Below the pieces are notes generated by a model. That model saw only the letters and a list, made by a program, of their open reading frames with translations. It searched no databases and had not been told where the DNA came from. From IMG/VR virus record IMGVR_UViG_3300030108_006260, positions 62,001-126,000 of that record: 64,000 nt of DNA, one strand, 5' to 3'. The position numbers were made by a program, and so were the translations under genes. Positions 55,063 through 64,000 of the stretch are shown in pieces. The first letter of the stretch is position 1. Every line of letters begins with the position of its first letter.

Positions 55063-57209
55063 CAGTATTCGAGCTGTCCTTCTCTAAGGAGAGAGACCGC
55101 CTTTTTTAGTGAGACAATGTCTCCCTTGCCAGACTTTACAAGAACAAAGTTACGGTCCCCTATCACGTATAGGTTTCCAGTAAAATCAAAAGTTCCGTCC
55201 TTAGAAATGGAGGGAGATTTTCCTGTACTGTCGTACAGAGCTGATCCAGGAGAAAGACTAAGTACCCTAAGCGTGTTGTCTAGAGGGGACCTTGTGCTCC
55301 TAACAAAAGGACGAGTAGACTTAATATCGCTACCTGGCATCATAATACCATTGTTATCTGAAATAAAGTACAGGTCTCCGCCAGGATAAATTCCTGCACA
55401 TGATTGTATAACTTTCGTGTCCTTTATAAGGTTGAACTTCTTCTTTGATCCTGCCGGGTGTTTTACTACAACATATCTGTTGTCCGCGTTGAGGACAGCA
55501 AAAGACGTACATGAGTCAGAAATTATACCAACAACATCTGAGGAGGGAGAATGTTCTGTCAGATAGGAACTTGTTAGAACCTCTGCATTGTTGTTCTGGT
55601 ATACAGCTGTAACAAATGCCTTAGTCTCTACGATTAGGTCAAATCTGTTTCGCCTGCTAGGCGGCTCCTGTATTCTCGATATCTTGGAGTTTTTTGACAT
55701 TACCCAGGAGGATGCTTCTGACATGTCAAGAGTGGGAGAGGGACAATCATCCGATAGCACTGTCCCTCTGTCGTCGGAGAAAGGTAAAAGCTCTTTTAGA
55801 TGCTTAACTATTACCCCATCTATGTCAGAAAGGGAGTCTTTTATGGAGTAAAGCTCTTCTTTTATGCCAGAGATACTCTCAGACACCTCATCCTTGTTCA
55901 TTAGAGCAAGTCGATGAACTTTCATGTTCAAAACATGCTGAGCCTGTTCCTCGCTAATGGACAAGGCAGAAGACATAGCCTCCCTCATCGCAGATAGGGA
56001 GGAATGCGAGGACCGTAGCACTTCATATACGTGGTCCAGATTTTTAATTGCAGATAGTACAGCCCTGGCCTTAAGAAGTTTTTCTTTAGCCAAAGAAAAC
56101 TCCCTGCGCAGCCTCAACTTCTCTACTGTTCTCCTAAAAGAGACGAACTCCTCAAACAGTCTAAATAGTCCTCCTTGAAAAAGGTTATCCTCGCAGAGGG
56201 AATTGTCCTCCTCTTCTTTTTGAACTACGTAGAAACTGTAGTTCTGAGTAGTGTGAAGTTCTGGAATTACTCTATCCCGTATAACTACAGGATCCTTGAA
56301 TCCTATGTACACTCGGACACCCGAAGACGAAGTAGCATCTGAGCAAAATTCGATGAGACTATCGTCAGCAAGTGACCTCATTTTCTTGAGGAAAGATGAT
56401 AGGTTGAATCCGGGAGCCAGGTCGTTTACAACAAGAAGAGGAGTGTCTTCTGTGTAATCAAAAGAGTAGTTACACCTGTAGTGTAGAGTCCCTTTCCCGG
56501 TTTTATACAGATCCGTAACGTCCTCAGAGGAAGACAATAAAACTCCCTGTCCGTAATCAGGGCCAGGCATGTTCTTTACTATCGATCCGATCCTAGGATT
56601 TTCCTTCTTAATAAAATAGATCAGGCATCGAACAAGTTCGCGTAAGTTGTGAGGAGGTACCGAAGCACGTAGACCTACTCCAATACCGGAAGATCCATTA
56701 AGAAGTAGAAGAGGAATACGTGAGGGTAAAACCAGTGGCTCTTTTCTATCACCCGAGTAGTTGTCTATAAGACTAGCAACTTCTATGTCCTTAAATAGAG
56801 AAGAAGCTAAGGGACTCAGGCGAGCTTCTGTATACCTCATAGAGGCAGCCGAATCTGTAGGACCTCCGAAGTTTCCGTGTCCCTCCACAAGAGGGTATCT
56901 ATCTCCAACCATGTTAACCATGGTCTGATAAATCGAGGCATCACCGTGCGGATGGAAGTTACCCATCACATCGCCAACGATCTTAGCACTTTTCTTGAAA
57001 CCCGTAGACAGTCTAAGCTCGTGCATTGCCCAGAGTATCCTACGCTGTACAGGCTTCAGACCATCCCTGACATCCGCCACAGCGCGATCCAAAATGACAT
57101 AGGATCCATAGGTCTTCATAGCCTCAGATGAGAATGAAGAAACGTCGGAAGACCTGATTATTCCGACGTTTCTTTTGTTGTTGCGGCGCTTACGTTTACG
57201 TCCTGCCAT
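55041..57209 (-). CDS. gyrA: type IIA topoisomerase subunit A (GyrA/ParC-like)
   Basis: [46 protein letters not shown] (catalytic Tyr). Gyrase versus topo IV is not resolved. Confidence 0.93.
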   Translation of the reverse strand: MAGRKRKRRNNKRNVGIIRSSDVSSFSSEAMKTYGSYVILDRAVADVRDGLKPVQRRILWAMHELRLSTGFKKSAKIVGDVMGNFHPHGDASIYQTMVNMVGDRYPLVEGHGNFGGPTDSAASMRYTEARLSPLASSLFKDIEVASLIDNYSGDRKEPLVLPSRIPLLLLNGSSGIGVGLRASVPPHNLRELVRCLIYFIKKENPRIGSIVKNMPGPDYGQGVLLSSSEDVTDLYKTGKGTLHYRCNYSFDYTEDTPLLVVNDLAPGFNLSSFLKKMRSLADDSLIEFCSDATSSSGVRVYIGFKDPVVIRDRVIPELHTTQNYSFYVVQKEEEDNSLCEDNLFQGGLFRLFEEFVSFRRTVEKLRLRREFSLAKEKLLKARAVLSAIKNLDHVYEVLRSSHSSLSAMREAMSSALSISEEQAQHVLNMKVHRLALMNKDEVSESISGIKEELYSIKDSLSDIDGVIVKHLKELLPFSDDRGTVLSDDCPSPTLDMSEASSWVMSKNSKISRIQEPPSRRNRFDLIVETKAFVTAVYQNNNAEVLTSSYLTEHSPSSDVVGIISDSCTSFAVLNADNRYVVVKHPAGSKKKFNLIKDTKVIQSCAGIYPGGDLYFISDNNGIMMPGSDIKSTRPFVRSTRSPLDNTLRVLSLSPGSALYDSTGKSPSISKDGTFDFTGNLYVIGDRNFVLVKSGKGDIVSLKKAVSLLREGQLEYCWNLLGN

Positions 57210-57239
57210 ACACTTTACTATGCCTAGGGTTAAAAGTAA

Positions 57240-57274
57240 GCTACCTCTTCCTACTAAAGGAAGGGTAGCTGTTC
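57240..57274. terminator. hairpin / terminator-like
   Basis: AGCTACC-TCTTCC...GGAAG-GGTAGCT stem between gyrA and the upstream gene. Confidence 0.5.
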
Positions 57275-57291
57275 TGTTATCGGAAAGGCGA

Positions 57292-57804
57292 CTACCGGCG
57301 AGGCGTTGGCCTGCCGTCCTTACTGTAGTTATACTTTACACGAGTACCTAGAATGTAATCCCAGAGAGGAACAACCACATTATAGTTAGCGTGCTGGTTT
57401 GTTCCCATGTGGTGATCATAGTGCCATCGAAGGTACTTCTTAGCCCATTTAGGATGAGTATGGGCATAGTGATGAACTAGGTAATACACTATGGTCCACA
57501 GAACCATTCCTGCATACACCCATGGAAAAACAAAGAACACAGGTGAAAAGACAACAACAAGTAGAGTAAGACCAAGAACTTCTTTTACCCTACTATTCCA
57601 AGTAAAAAAAGAATCCGAATAATCTTTGTCGAAGAATCCGTTTTTACGGGAGCTTCTATGATGACTGTGCCAGTGAAAAGAAAAAGGACTTCCCTTCCTC
57701 ATCCCCCACGCATGTAGAAAGTACTTATGAGCAACCCACTCTACTAGGTTACCAGAAATCATACCAACAAATAGACAAAAAATAGGCCAATAAAACGTAT
57801 CCAT
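57292..57804 (-). CDS. fatty acid hydroxylase / sterol desaturase family di-iron membrane enzyme
   Basis: His boxes HKYFLH, HWHSHH, HHYAH, HYDHH; WDYILGT; TM segments. Confidence 0.88.
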   Translation of the reverse strand: MDTFYWPIFCLFVGMISGNLVEWVAHKYFLHAWGMRKGSPFSFHWHSHHRSSRKNGFFDKDYSDSFFTWNSRVKEVLGLTLLVVVFSPVFFVFPWVYAGMVLWTIVYYLVHHYAHTHPKWAKKYLRWHYDHHMGTNQHANYNVVVPLWDYILGTRVKYNYSKDGRPTPRR

Positions 57805-58446
57805 TCAGTATACTCCTAGAAATGCCTGCTGTATGGCTACTAGCCATTTATTCCATTCCTTCGATTGGTCTTCAGAGTTAGTTTTACGCACACCTATAGT
57901 AAAAAGTATGTGCTTATCTACAGACCCCGACTCTCTAAAGTAGTTGTAGAGAGAAGGTTCTGTTATGAGGTGACGAAGGCTGCGTACGTAGTCTGTGTCC
58001 CTGACGTAGAATCCAATATAGCCCTGAGACTGGGATGTGCCTGCCTCTTCCCAGAACGATTCGTAGTTTTCCCAGGGAATCCTATAGTCTTTGTTTTTAA
58101 ATAAAAACTTCTCTCCCGTCTCTACGTCAGATACGGGTAGCCCACGAGTTCGTATCACTTCAGAATCAGAAGATATCTTCTTCCATATAGGCTCAAATTC
58201 TTCTACAGAGGAAAAATGTCCCTCACAAGAGGGAGTTGTGCTTATTCTTCTAAGGTGAAGGTAATCAACCAGGGGCTGTAGGGCAGGATCTACTGTTTTG
58301 TCAAAATCAGGGGATAGATTTGGTACCACCCTCTTGCGTGGACCATGATAATACCATGATTCGTCTTTGTTAGAGTAGTACCATCGTCTACTTGGATATC
58401 TCCTAGTAGGAATGACAGAGGCACTTAGATTTGACCGTGTTTTCAC
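57805..58446 (-). CDS. hypothetical protein
   Basis: 213 aa; VDPALQPLVDYL...TTPSCEGH motif. Confidence 0.65.
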   Translation of the reverse strand: MKTRSNLSASVIPTRRYPSRRWYYSNKDESWYYHGPRKRVVPNLSPDFDKTVDPALQPLVDYLHLRRISTTPSCEGHFSSVEEFEPIWKKISSDSEVIRTRGLPVSDVETGEKFLFKNKDYRIPWENYESFWEEAGTSQSQGYIGFYVRDTDYVRSLRHLITEPSLYNYFRESGSVDKHILFTIGVRKTNSEDQSKEWNKWLVAIQQAFLGVY

Positions 58447-58501
58447 TTCTTACTCTTAGTAAAGCAAAGTAACTAGCCAGGTTAAGTTGCCTTTATATTT
58501 A

Positions 58502-58576
58502 TGGAGCTTCGTATCGGAATCGAACCGATTTCTCCGGGTTACAAATCCGGTGCATCGCCAGCAATGCTTACAAAGC
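58502..58576 (-). tRNA. tRNA-Thr(TGT)
   Basis: Loop TTTGTAA, GGTTCGATTCC, CCA. Confidence 0.92.
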
Positions 58577-58747
58577 AGTAGTGTACTAAATTCCGTAGGA
58601 CCTAGTACCAGAAATAATAGATCTATCTATGTACGCCTTTTTGTTACCTAGGATAACTACGGACCTCTTTTTAGAAGTGATCCGGGAAGGAGAGTACAGA
58701 GACATTAACATAAGGTGCTGAAAAGGTTTACGCATGAGTATCAGGAA

Positions 58748-58783
58748 ATCCTAGCACAAGGTAGCCCTTGAAGTCAAGTACTT
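58748..58783 (-). promoter_or_regulatory. sigma70-like promoter TTGACT-18-TG-C-TAGGAT preceded by AAGTAC
   Basis: -35 at 58772-58777, -10 at 58748-58753; upstream of tRNA-Thr. Confidence 0.5.
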
Positions 58784-59409
58784 TAATCGTGATACAGGCT
58801 TCTAAGAAGGGCCCTATCGTGGTCAGAGACCCTAAGCCTAGAAAAGTACCCTGAAGATGAAGTCGTAGGATACATGGCTGATGCCTCATAGGGATCATGG
58901 TCTAGACCGAGAGCGTGGTACATCTCGTGAGTAAGAACTTTGTCTAACATTTCCAGTGTACCCGTATTCCAAGTAGTAACCATGCACCTTAAAGATCCTC
59001 CAGAGTCACGGTAGTGACTTGCCCCTCCGTTAGAATCCGTCATCCAGGTACCAGACTCAGATGCACCTGCTATCTCTACAGTTATTGCAGGGTCTAGTGC
59101 GTCTGAATAAATCAATGCCTGAAATCCAAGTCGGTTGTTAATCAGATCAATAACAGAACGAGTAGCTTCCTCCGGATTTGCAGGAGGATAGGGGTTGCTC
59201 GTATCTGCGTACACTGTGAGGGGGAACTGATCCCTATCCCATGTAACAGGGGAGCAGTCCTTCGTGTAATCTAGTGATCCCGTAGGTGTTTCACAAGCAG
59301 TAAGAAGACCCGGCTCTTCATGAGTGGATATACCTACCACAAGTAAAATTACGGCAGCTAAAACAACAGCAGCAGCCAGAGCATACATTATTTTATTTCT
59401 AGTAGTCAT
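58783..59409 (-). CDS. membrane-anchored matrixin-like metalloprotease
   Basis: N-terminal TM; HEMYHALGLDH plus Met-turn SAMYP. Confidence 0.85.
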   Translation of the reverse strand: MTTRNKIMYALAAAVVLAAVILLVVGISTHEEPGLLTACETPTGSLDYTKDCSPVTWDRDQFPLTVYADTSNPYPPANPEEATRSVIDLINNRLGFQALIYSDALDPAITVEIAGASESGTWMTDSNGGASHYRDSGGSLRCMVTTWNTGTLEMLDKVLTHEMYHALGLDHDPYEASAMYPTTSSSGYFSRLRVSDHDRALLRSLYHD

Positions 59410-59413
59410 ATCA

Positions 59414-61273
59414 TTACCTAAGTCCTAAAAGCTCCTTACGAGAGGAAGAATCTGAGCCCATTAAAGACATAATGAACTCTGGATCTCTTTCTGTTAGGGA
59501 AATTTTCCAAAGCTTACGAGTGGACGGGTCCATGGCATAATGCCTAAGTTCGGGAGCAGATGCCTCTCCGTGTCCCTTAAGTCTACTTACACTGAGCTTA
59601 TCCCTGGAAAGTCCGGACTGAGAAATAAGGTCGTCTATAGAGTGGGCGTAAAATCTACTGTCCTTATGGGTTCCCACGAAAAGGGGGCTATCCACTACAT
59701 AGACGTGTCCGTTTTCAATGAGTTCGGGTATCCATCGTACAATAAAGGTAAGTACAAGGCTCACAATGTGTTGACCATCGGGATCTGCATCCATCAAGAG
59801 AAGGAGCCTCCCCACACGCATAGAAGACAAGTCTGCTTTCTTAGTCTTCGGGTCAATGTGAACTCCTAAAGCAATGAGTAGGGACGATATTTCCTCATTA
59901 CCTAGAAGCTTAGCTAGAGTCCACTGCGCTGCGTTTGGTATTTTTCCTCGTAGAGGGAGAATTTCTTGATAGTCAGCATCCCGTGCTGACTTCGCGGATC
60001 CACCTGCCGAATCTCCCTCCACCACGAAAAGCTCACGGTCCTGAGGGGAACAGTGCATGCTCTCCACTAGCTTATCTGGAAGAATACCTCGCGCCGTTTT
60101 TTTCTTTGGGGCGGCTTTATTGGCAGCTGCTCGTAGCTTTTTATAGCTCTCACGAGCCTTTCTTAGCTGTAGAGCCCTAGAAACAAGAGATTCTGCCAAC
60201 TTCTTGTTAGCATCAAAGTGTGCTTTTAGTCTAGGGTACAGGAATTCGTAAACTGAGTCGCGTACGTCAGAGTTGAGCAGCTTCTCTTTTGTTTGGCTCT
60301 TAAACTGAGGCTCAGATACAAGAACATGAATGCTAGCACACAGACCATCCACTAAATCCTTTTTATCAAGCTTCTTGGACTTGGAATAGGGTCTCAGAAC
60401 TGCGTCAATTGCCTTAAGTGCACCATCAACATGAGTACCTCCTTCTCTAGTAGAAGAAGCGTTACATGCACTAAACCAGTTGTCACCAGCCGAATCATTG
60501 TCCGCCCACAAGAAAGCAGCAGTGATCGACTTATCCTCAGAGGAGAACTCTACAACATCACTTAGAGGAGGAAGTTCCCCTGCTCTTTCTTCTACCATAG
60601 AAGAAAGACCTTTGCTAGTGAAGATTTTTTCCACTCCGTCAACAGACAGGTTGATCTTTAACCCCGGACAAAGATGACTAGTCTCAGACAGCCACTGAGT
60701 TACATCAGCAACTGATATTACACTTTTACCAAAAATCTTGGTATCTGGCTTAAACTCTATTCGAGTGCCGGACTTACCTCTTTTATTCAACTCCTTCTGT
60801 GGGGAAGGTTTAGAAGACGCAGGTGTTCCTCTCCCAAAGTCTACAGAGTAAGCCTTTCCTTTACGCCATACGGTAACACGTAGCCACTCACTCAGGGCAT
60901 TCGTGGCTTTGAGACCTACTCCATGCAGGCCAGCAGAAACAGCGTAAGACTGTTTATTGAACTTTCCTCCTGCCTGTAGATTAGTAAAAACTGTTATTAA
61001 GGTGCTCTCTCCAGTCTTAGGATGTTTCTCTACAGGTATTCCTCTACCATCATCCTCTACAACAAAGGTCTGGGACCTTGTGTCAATTCCTATAGAAACA
61101 ACAGAAGCGTGTCCCTCAAGGTGCTCATCTATGACGTTATCAACTACTTCTTTAAGTATCTGACGTACACCATCATGGTCCTGAGACCCGATGTACATTC
61201 CGGGCCGTTTCCTTACGTGCTCAAGATCCTCAAGGACTTGTATGCTGCTTGCGCTGTAGCTCTTTTTGGTCAT
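59414..61273 (-). CDS. gyrB: type IIA topoisomerase subunit B (GyrB/ParE-like)
   Basis: HVRKRPGMYIG, EVVDN, EDDGRGIP, GLHGVG, VEGDSAGG, PLRGK, MDADPDG. Confidence 0.95.
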   Translation of the reverse strand: MTKKSYSASSIQVLEDLEHVRKRPGMYIGSQDHDGVRQILKEVVDNVIDEHLEGHASVVSIGIDTRSQTFVVEDDGRGIPVEKHPKTGESTLITVFTNLQAGGKFNKQSYAVSAGLHGVGLKATNALSEWLRVTVWRKGKAYSVDFGRGTPASSKPSPQKELNKRGKSGTRIEFKPDTKIFGKSVISVADVTQWLSETSHLCPGLKINLSVDGVEKIFTSKGLSSMVEERAGELPPLSDVVEFSSEDKSITAAFLWADNDSAGDNWFSACNASSTREGGTHVDGALKAIDAVLRPYSKSKKLDKKDLVDGLCASIHVLVSEPQFKSQTKEKLLNSDVRDSVYEFLYPRLKAHFDANKKLAESLVSRALQLRKARESYKKLRAAANKAAPKKKTARGILPDKLVESMHCSPQDRELFVVEGDSAGGSAKSARDADYQEILPLRGKIPNAAQWTLAKLLGNEEISSLLIALGVHIDPKTKKADLSSMRVGRLLLLMDADPDGQHIVSLVLTFIVRWIPELIENGHVYVVDSPLFVGTHKDSRFYAHSIDDLISQSGLSRDKLSVSRLKGHGEASAPELRHYAMDPSTRKLWKISLTERDPEFIMSLMGSDSSSRKELLGLR

Positions 61274-61845
61274 AAAAGGGAGATGAATGGGTTTAATACT
61301 TCTTCTGTAAGTCTACTATAGGAAGGGTAGGTTAAGTGAACACCATCACGAAACCGGTAGCGTCGTGACCTTACCGTACGACGGTACAAGTTAATCCAAG
61401 GAATGTTTAGTTCATCGAATATAACAGACTGTGCGTCTGATGTCCAAGAATGCCTAGTGTTTACTGGGGATCTGGATGACCAGAGAGGACCTATCCATAC
61501 TATCTTCTTGGTTCCATAGGATCTCAAAAGCAAAACAAATCTAACTATACGATCTCTATATGCTTCGTAGTTAAGGTTACGATTGTTTCCTCCAAGAATA
61601 ACAATAACTGTGTCATATCCTCGGGGGATGACATCGGGACGAGAGATGAAAGAAGAGGTGGACCACCCTGGTCTCGATTCTACTCGGGCACCAGGTAAAG
61701 ACGAAGACTCTAAGAAATTACCAAGAGCCTGTACATGAGAGTCCCCTATTACCAAAGTAGAGGACCCAGACTGCTCTACCTGACCCGATACCTGGCAAGG
61801 AACTAATAGAATGCAGACTACGCATAGTTGCCGTAAGAATAACAA
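61270..61845 (-). CDS. SGNH/GDSL hydrolase, secreted
   Basis: Signal-like N-terminus; IGDSH, LGGNN, DGVHL. Confidence 0.85.
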   Translation of the reverse strand: MLFLRQLCVVCILLVPCQVSGQVEQSGSSTLVIGDSHVQALGNFLESSSLPGARVESRPGWSTSSFISRPDVIPRGYDTVIVILGGNNRNLNYEAYRDRIVRFVLLLRSYGTKKIVWIGPLWSSRSPVNTRHSWTSDAQSVIFDELNIPWINLYRRTVRSRRYRFRDGVHLTYPSYSRLTEEVLNPFISLL

Positions 61846-61860
61846 AGTACTATCAATTCT

Positions 61861-64000
61861 CTAGTCTTCCACTTGAAATTCTGGACTAGTTTCAGCAATA
61901 ACGTGCCAGGGAGTCCCAGATTGAAGCATGGAGTCCCACTCTTTACACCTATCAAAGATTGGCCTAAGTCCACTACCTACTCCATCCCACCCCAGCATGT
62001 GACCCCATCGTACACCAAAGTCGTAATCAATTTCCATGGGGACAATCATGTCAATACCGAATTCCTCTTTAAGGAAAGAAGGAACTTGGTCTACCATCTT
62101 TTCCTGGAGAACGGATACTACCTCCTGAACCATGTCAAAGTCCATAGGAACTTCCATTGTGATAGCATCATGAACGCAGTTAATAATCTTATAGGGTCGA
62201 TCATTTCTCTCTATCCAGTCCTGGATGGCCCAGGCACACAAAGCGGTAGTATCACTACTCACTGCCTGTATGGGACTGTTACGTGCTCTTCTCTTAGCTC
62301 CATTCTCGTCCTGTTCAAACAGGTCTCTCAAGTGCCTAACTCTACCCATAGGAGTAGAAACGAACCCCATAGACTCAGCTTCTCGTTCGATGTCACTAAG
62401 CCACTGGCCTGCTCTCTCAAATTCATTAACGAAGGTACCCTGTAGCTTTAGGGCTTCGTCGGGTGTAATGCCCAGAAGAGAAGCCAGGGTCTTAAAGTGC
62501 TGACCATAGATAGATCCGAAACACAAACTCTTTGCCCTCTTACGTTCATCCCCCGTTACATCATAAACAGACTTCTGAAACATGATCGAGGCCACCTTCT
62601 TATGTATATCGGCCTCTGCTTTTACTCGATTACCTAGTTCTTCGTCCCCTGTAAGTTTATATTCGTCACGAAGATTTTTCATTTCGTGGAACAACCGGGC
62701 ATACTGAGTGTCACCCGCAAGCTGAGCCCACCAACGAACCTCTGCCTGACCAAAGTCGCACTCTACAAGGATATGTCCAGGCGAAGCGCCATAAATAGAC
62801 CTAATAGCTGCTTTGGCGTTGTTACCCTTTCCCTTGGGGAGCTGCTGGAGGTTTGGGTCCGAAGAATTGTGCACTACAATTCCATCTACAAGGAATGACC
62901 TAGTAGCAGGAACCTCTAGGTCGTACACCTTCTGTGCTCCCAACGATTCCACTCTAATGATTTCAAATGACTTCGAATTTGATTCTAACGCCCAGTGAAC
63001 AAATTCAGCGGACTCGCCGTGCTCTGGCCCAACTGCCGAAGTTACTAGGGACTGTACCTTCCTGGTGATCCTAGCCGTCTTTCTGTTTCGGGCTTTATGT
63101 AATCTATGATAATCAGGTGAGGAGCACCCTTTTCTTCCGATCAAGTTATGATGAATCTTAACAGGCTTCCAAAATGAGTCAAAGTCAAACCAGGAGGGCT
63201 TGAATACACCAAGGTGAATGGAATGCTTACGAATCTGATCTCTTTTTAGAGAGGACCAAAAAAGCCATGAAAGATCTTGGTCATTAGATACCAACACTGA
63301 GTACTTCGTACTGTTACGGTCGGGCCTCTTACTACTGGATATAGAATGGTGAATTCCCAAGCTAGAAAGGAGCAAACCTACTCCCTCTGCAAGTTGCCTG
63401 CTCTCGGTAGAAAGTCTAGGATCTCCAGATGAAGACCCCGCGTCCCCTTCAAATAGACCCTTCAAAAAGGATCGTCTCTCAGACAAACCAGAAGAGAAAA
63501 CAGATTCAGGAACTAAAGCATTCCTAGACTTGTACCCAAAACCGTTCTCGACTAGCCAACGAGATAAATCAACAGAACTACATTCCAGGGTAGGGGAACC
63601 GTTCTCGTAGTAAGAAAACTCTACCCCAAAGACTTCCTTCCACTCTGACGTGAGAAAATCTCTCAGGGGTTTTTCATCCCATCCCAGGGCAATGATAACC
63701 TTAGATGGAACCTTTCCCTTCCTGTTAGGTTCTTTCTTTGTTGGTCGTAGATTGTTGTATCCTATACACCCCTCAGCAACAAAGTGTCCGAGAAGGAATG
63801 CAACTCTGCTGTCCATAGTGGAGGGGAAGGTAGGAGTGTTGGATCGTCCTACAATAGTAGAAGGGGGTGATAGAGTAGAATGATTTGATACATCAGGTCC
63901 CTCTCTACCAGAAATGTAGAGGTCGTCACCCTCTTTCAGGTTCTGTGCCTCCGTCCACTTTCCATCTGAGAATACACGATGAAGGGGTGAACATCGGAGC
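61861..64000 (-). CDS. polA: family A DNA polymerase C-terminal part with intein (5' end off window)
   Basis: SSDPNLQQ, motif A VECDFGQAEVR, motif B RKRAKSLCFGSIYG, motif C VHDA. The frame stays open from 63816 to the window edge (LRCSPLHRVF...WTEAQNLKEGD). Confidence 0.92.
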   Translation of the reverse strand, partial: LRCSPLHRVFSDGKWTEAQNLKEGDDLYISGREGPDVSNHSTLSPPSTIVGRSNTPTFPSTMDSRVAFLLGHFVAEGCIGYNNLRPTKKEPNRKGKVPSKVIIALGWDEKPLRDFLTSEWKEVFGVEFSYYENGSPTLECSSVDLSRWLVENGFGYKSRNALVPESVFSSGLSERRSFLKGLFEGDAGSSSGDPRLSTESRQLAEGVGLLLSSLGIHHSISSSKRPDRNSTKYSVLVSNDQDLSWLFWSSLKRDQIRKHSIHLGVFKPSWFDFDSFWKPVKIHHNLIGRKGCSSPDYHRLHKARNRKTARITRKVQSLVTSAVGPEHGESAEFVHWALESNSKSFEIIRVESLGAQKVYDLEVPATRSFLVDGIVVHNSSDPNLQQLPKGKGNNAKAAIRSIYGASPGHILVECDFGQAEVRWWAQLAGDTQYARLFHEMKNLRDEYKLTGDEELGNRVKAEADIHKKVASIMFQKSVYDVTGDERKRAKSLCFGSIYGQHFKTLASLLGITPDEALKLQGTFVNEFERAGQWLSDIEREAESMGFVSTPMGRVRHLRDLFEQDENGAKRRARNSPIQAVSSDTTALCAWAIQDWIERNDRPYKIINCVHDAITMEVPMDFDMVQEVVSVLQEKMVDQVPSFLKEEFGIDMIVPMEIDYDFGVRWGHMLGWDGVGSGLRPIFDRCKEWDSMLQSGTPWHVIAETSPEFQVED
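62866..64000 (-). mobile_element. intein with LAGLIDADG homing endonuclease in polA
   Basis: Block B-like LRCSPLH, endonuclease blocks FLLGHFVAEG and FLKGLFEGD, block F/G KVYDLEV...FLVDGIVVHN followed by Ser +1. Confidence 0.93.

Noticed and set aside
58587-58735. 49-codon ORF before tRNA-Thr(TGT) as another attenuator leader
   Set aside because: No terminator/antiterminator pair between it and the tRNA, and no Thr enrichment.
1-64000. Stop-codon recoding, cas genes, reverse transcriptase
   Set aside because: Long conserved genes are intact in the standard code and several end in TAG; no suppressor anticodon among the 25 tRNAs; no Cas or RT motifs in any ORF of this window.

Overview
This window is part of a large tailed-phage (jumbo myovirus-like) genome. 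Almost every gene is on the minus strand. From left to right: (1) an HslV/proteasome-beta-like Ntn peptidase running off the edge and a GC-richer tail-fibre-like block (1-4.1 kb). (2) An accessory island with a receiver-GGDEF diguanylate cyclase, two lipoprotein matrixins, an HTH, an HNH and a membrane GGDEF-EAL protein (6.2-11.7 kb). (3) A tRNA-dense region (4.7-24 kb) holding 24 of the 25 tRNA genes I could fold by eye (the 25th, Thr, is at 58.5 kb), plus an RNA ligase, a DHH phosphoesterase, a peptide deformylase and several unassigned structured RNAs. (4) Replication/recombination genes: HD hydrolase, Rad50/SbcC-like ATPase, DnaX-like clamp loader, a sigma-like protein and a MoxR-vWA pair (24-34 kb). 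(5) A contractile-tail module: tape-measure-like protein, chaperones, tube, sheath and completion protein (35-53 kb). (6) A DNA methyltransferase, lytic transglycosylase, dNMP kinase, type IIA topoisomerase A and B subunits, fatty-acid hydroxylase, a third matrixin, an SGNH hydrolase and an intein-containing family A DNA polymerase that runs off the right edge. The most striking items are non-coding and absent from the ORF track. One is a sigma70-type promoter followed by a near-leaderless 44-codon uORF and a terminator/antiterminator switch, directly upstream of the tRNA + RNA ligase operon; the uORF uses exactly the amino acids whose tRNAs lie downstream. The others are a 78-nt tmRNA tRNA-like domain with no mRNA domain, a Cas-less two-repeat CRISPR-like unit, and IR-closed RNAs between tRNAs. 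All calls come from reading motifs and base-pairing by eye; no searches or folding programs were run. Two 10-N scaffold gaps lie at 1781-1790 and 8845-8854.
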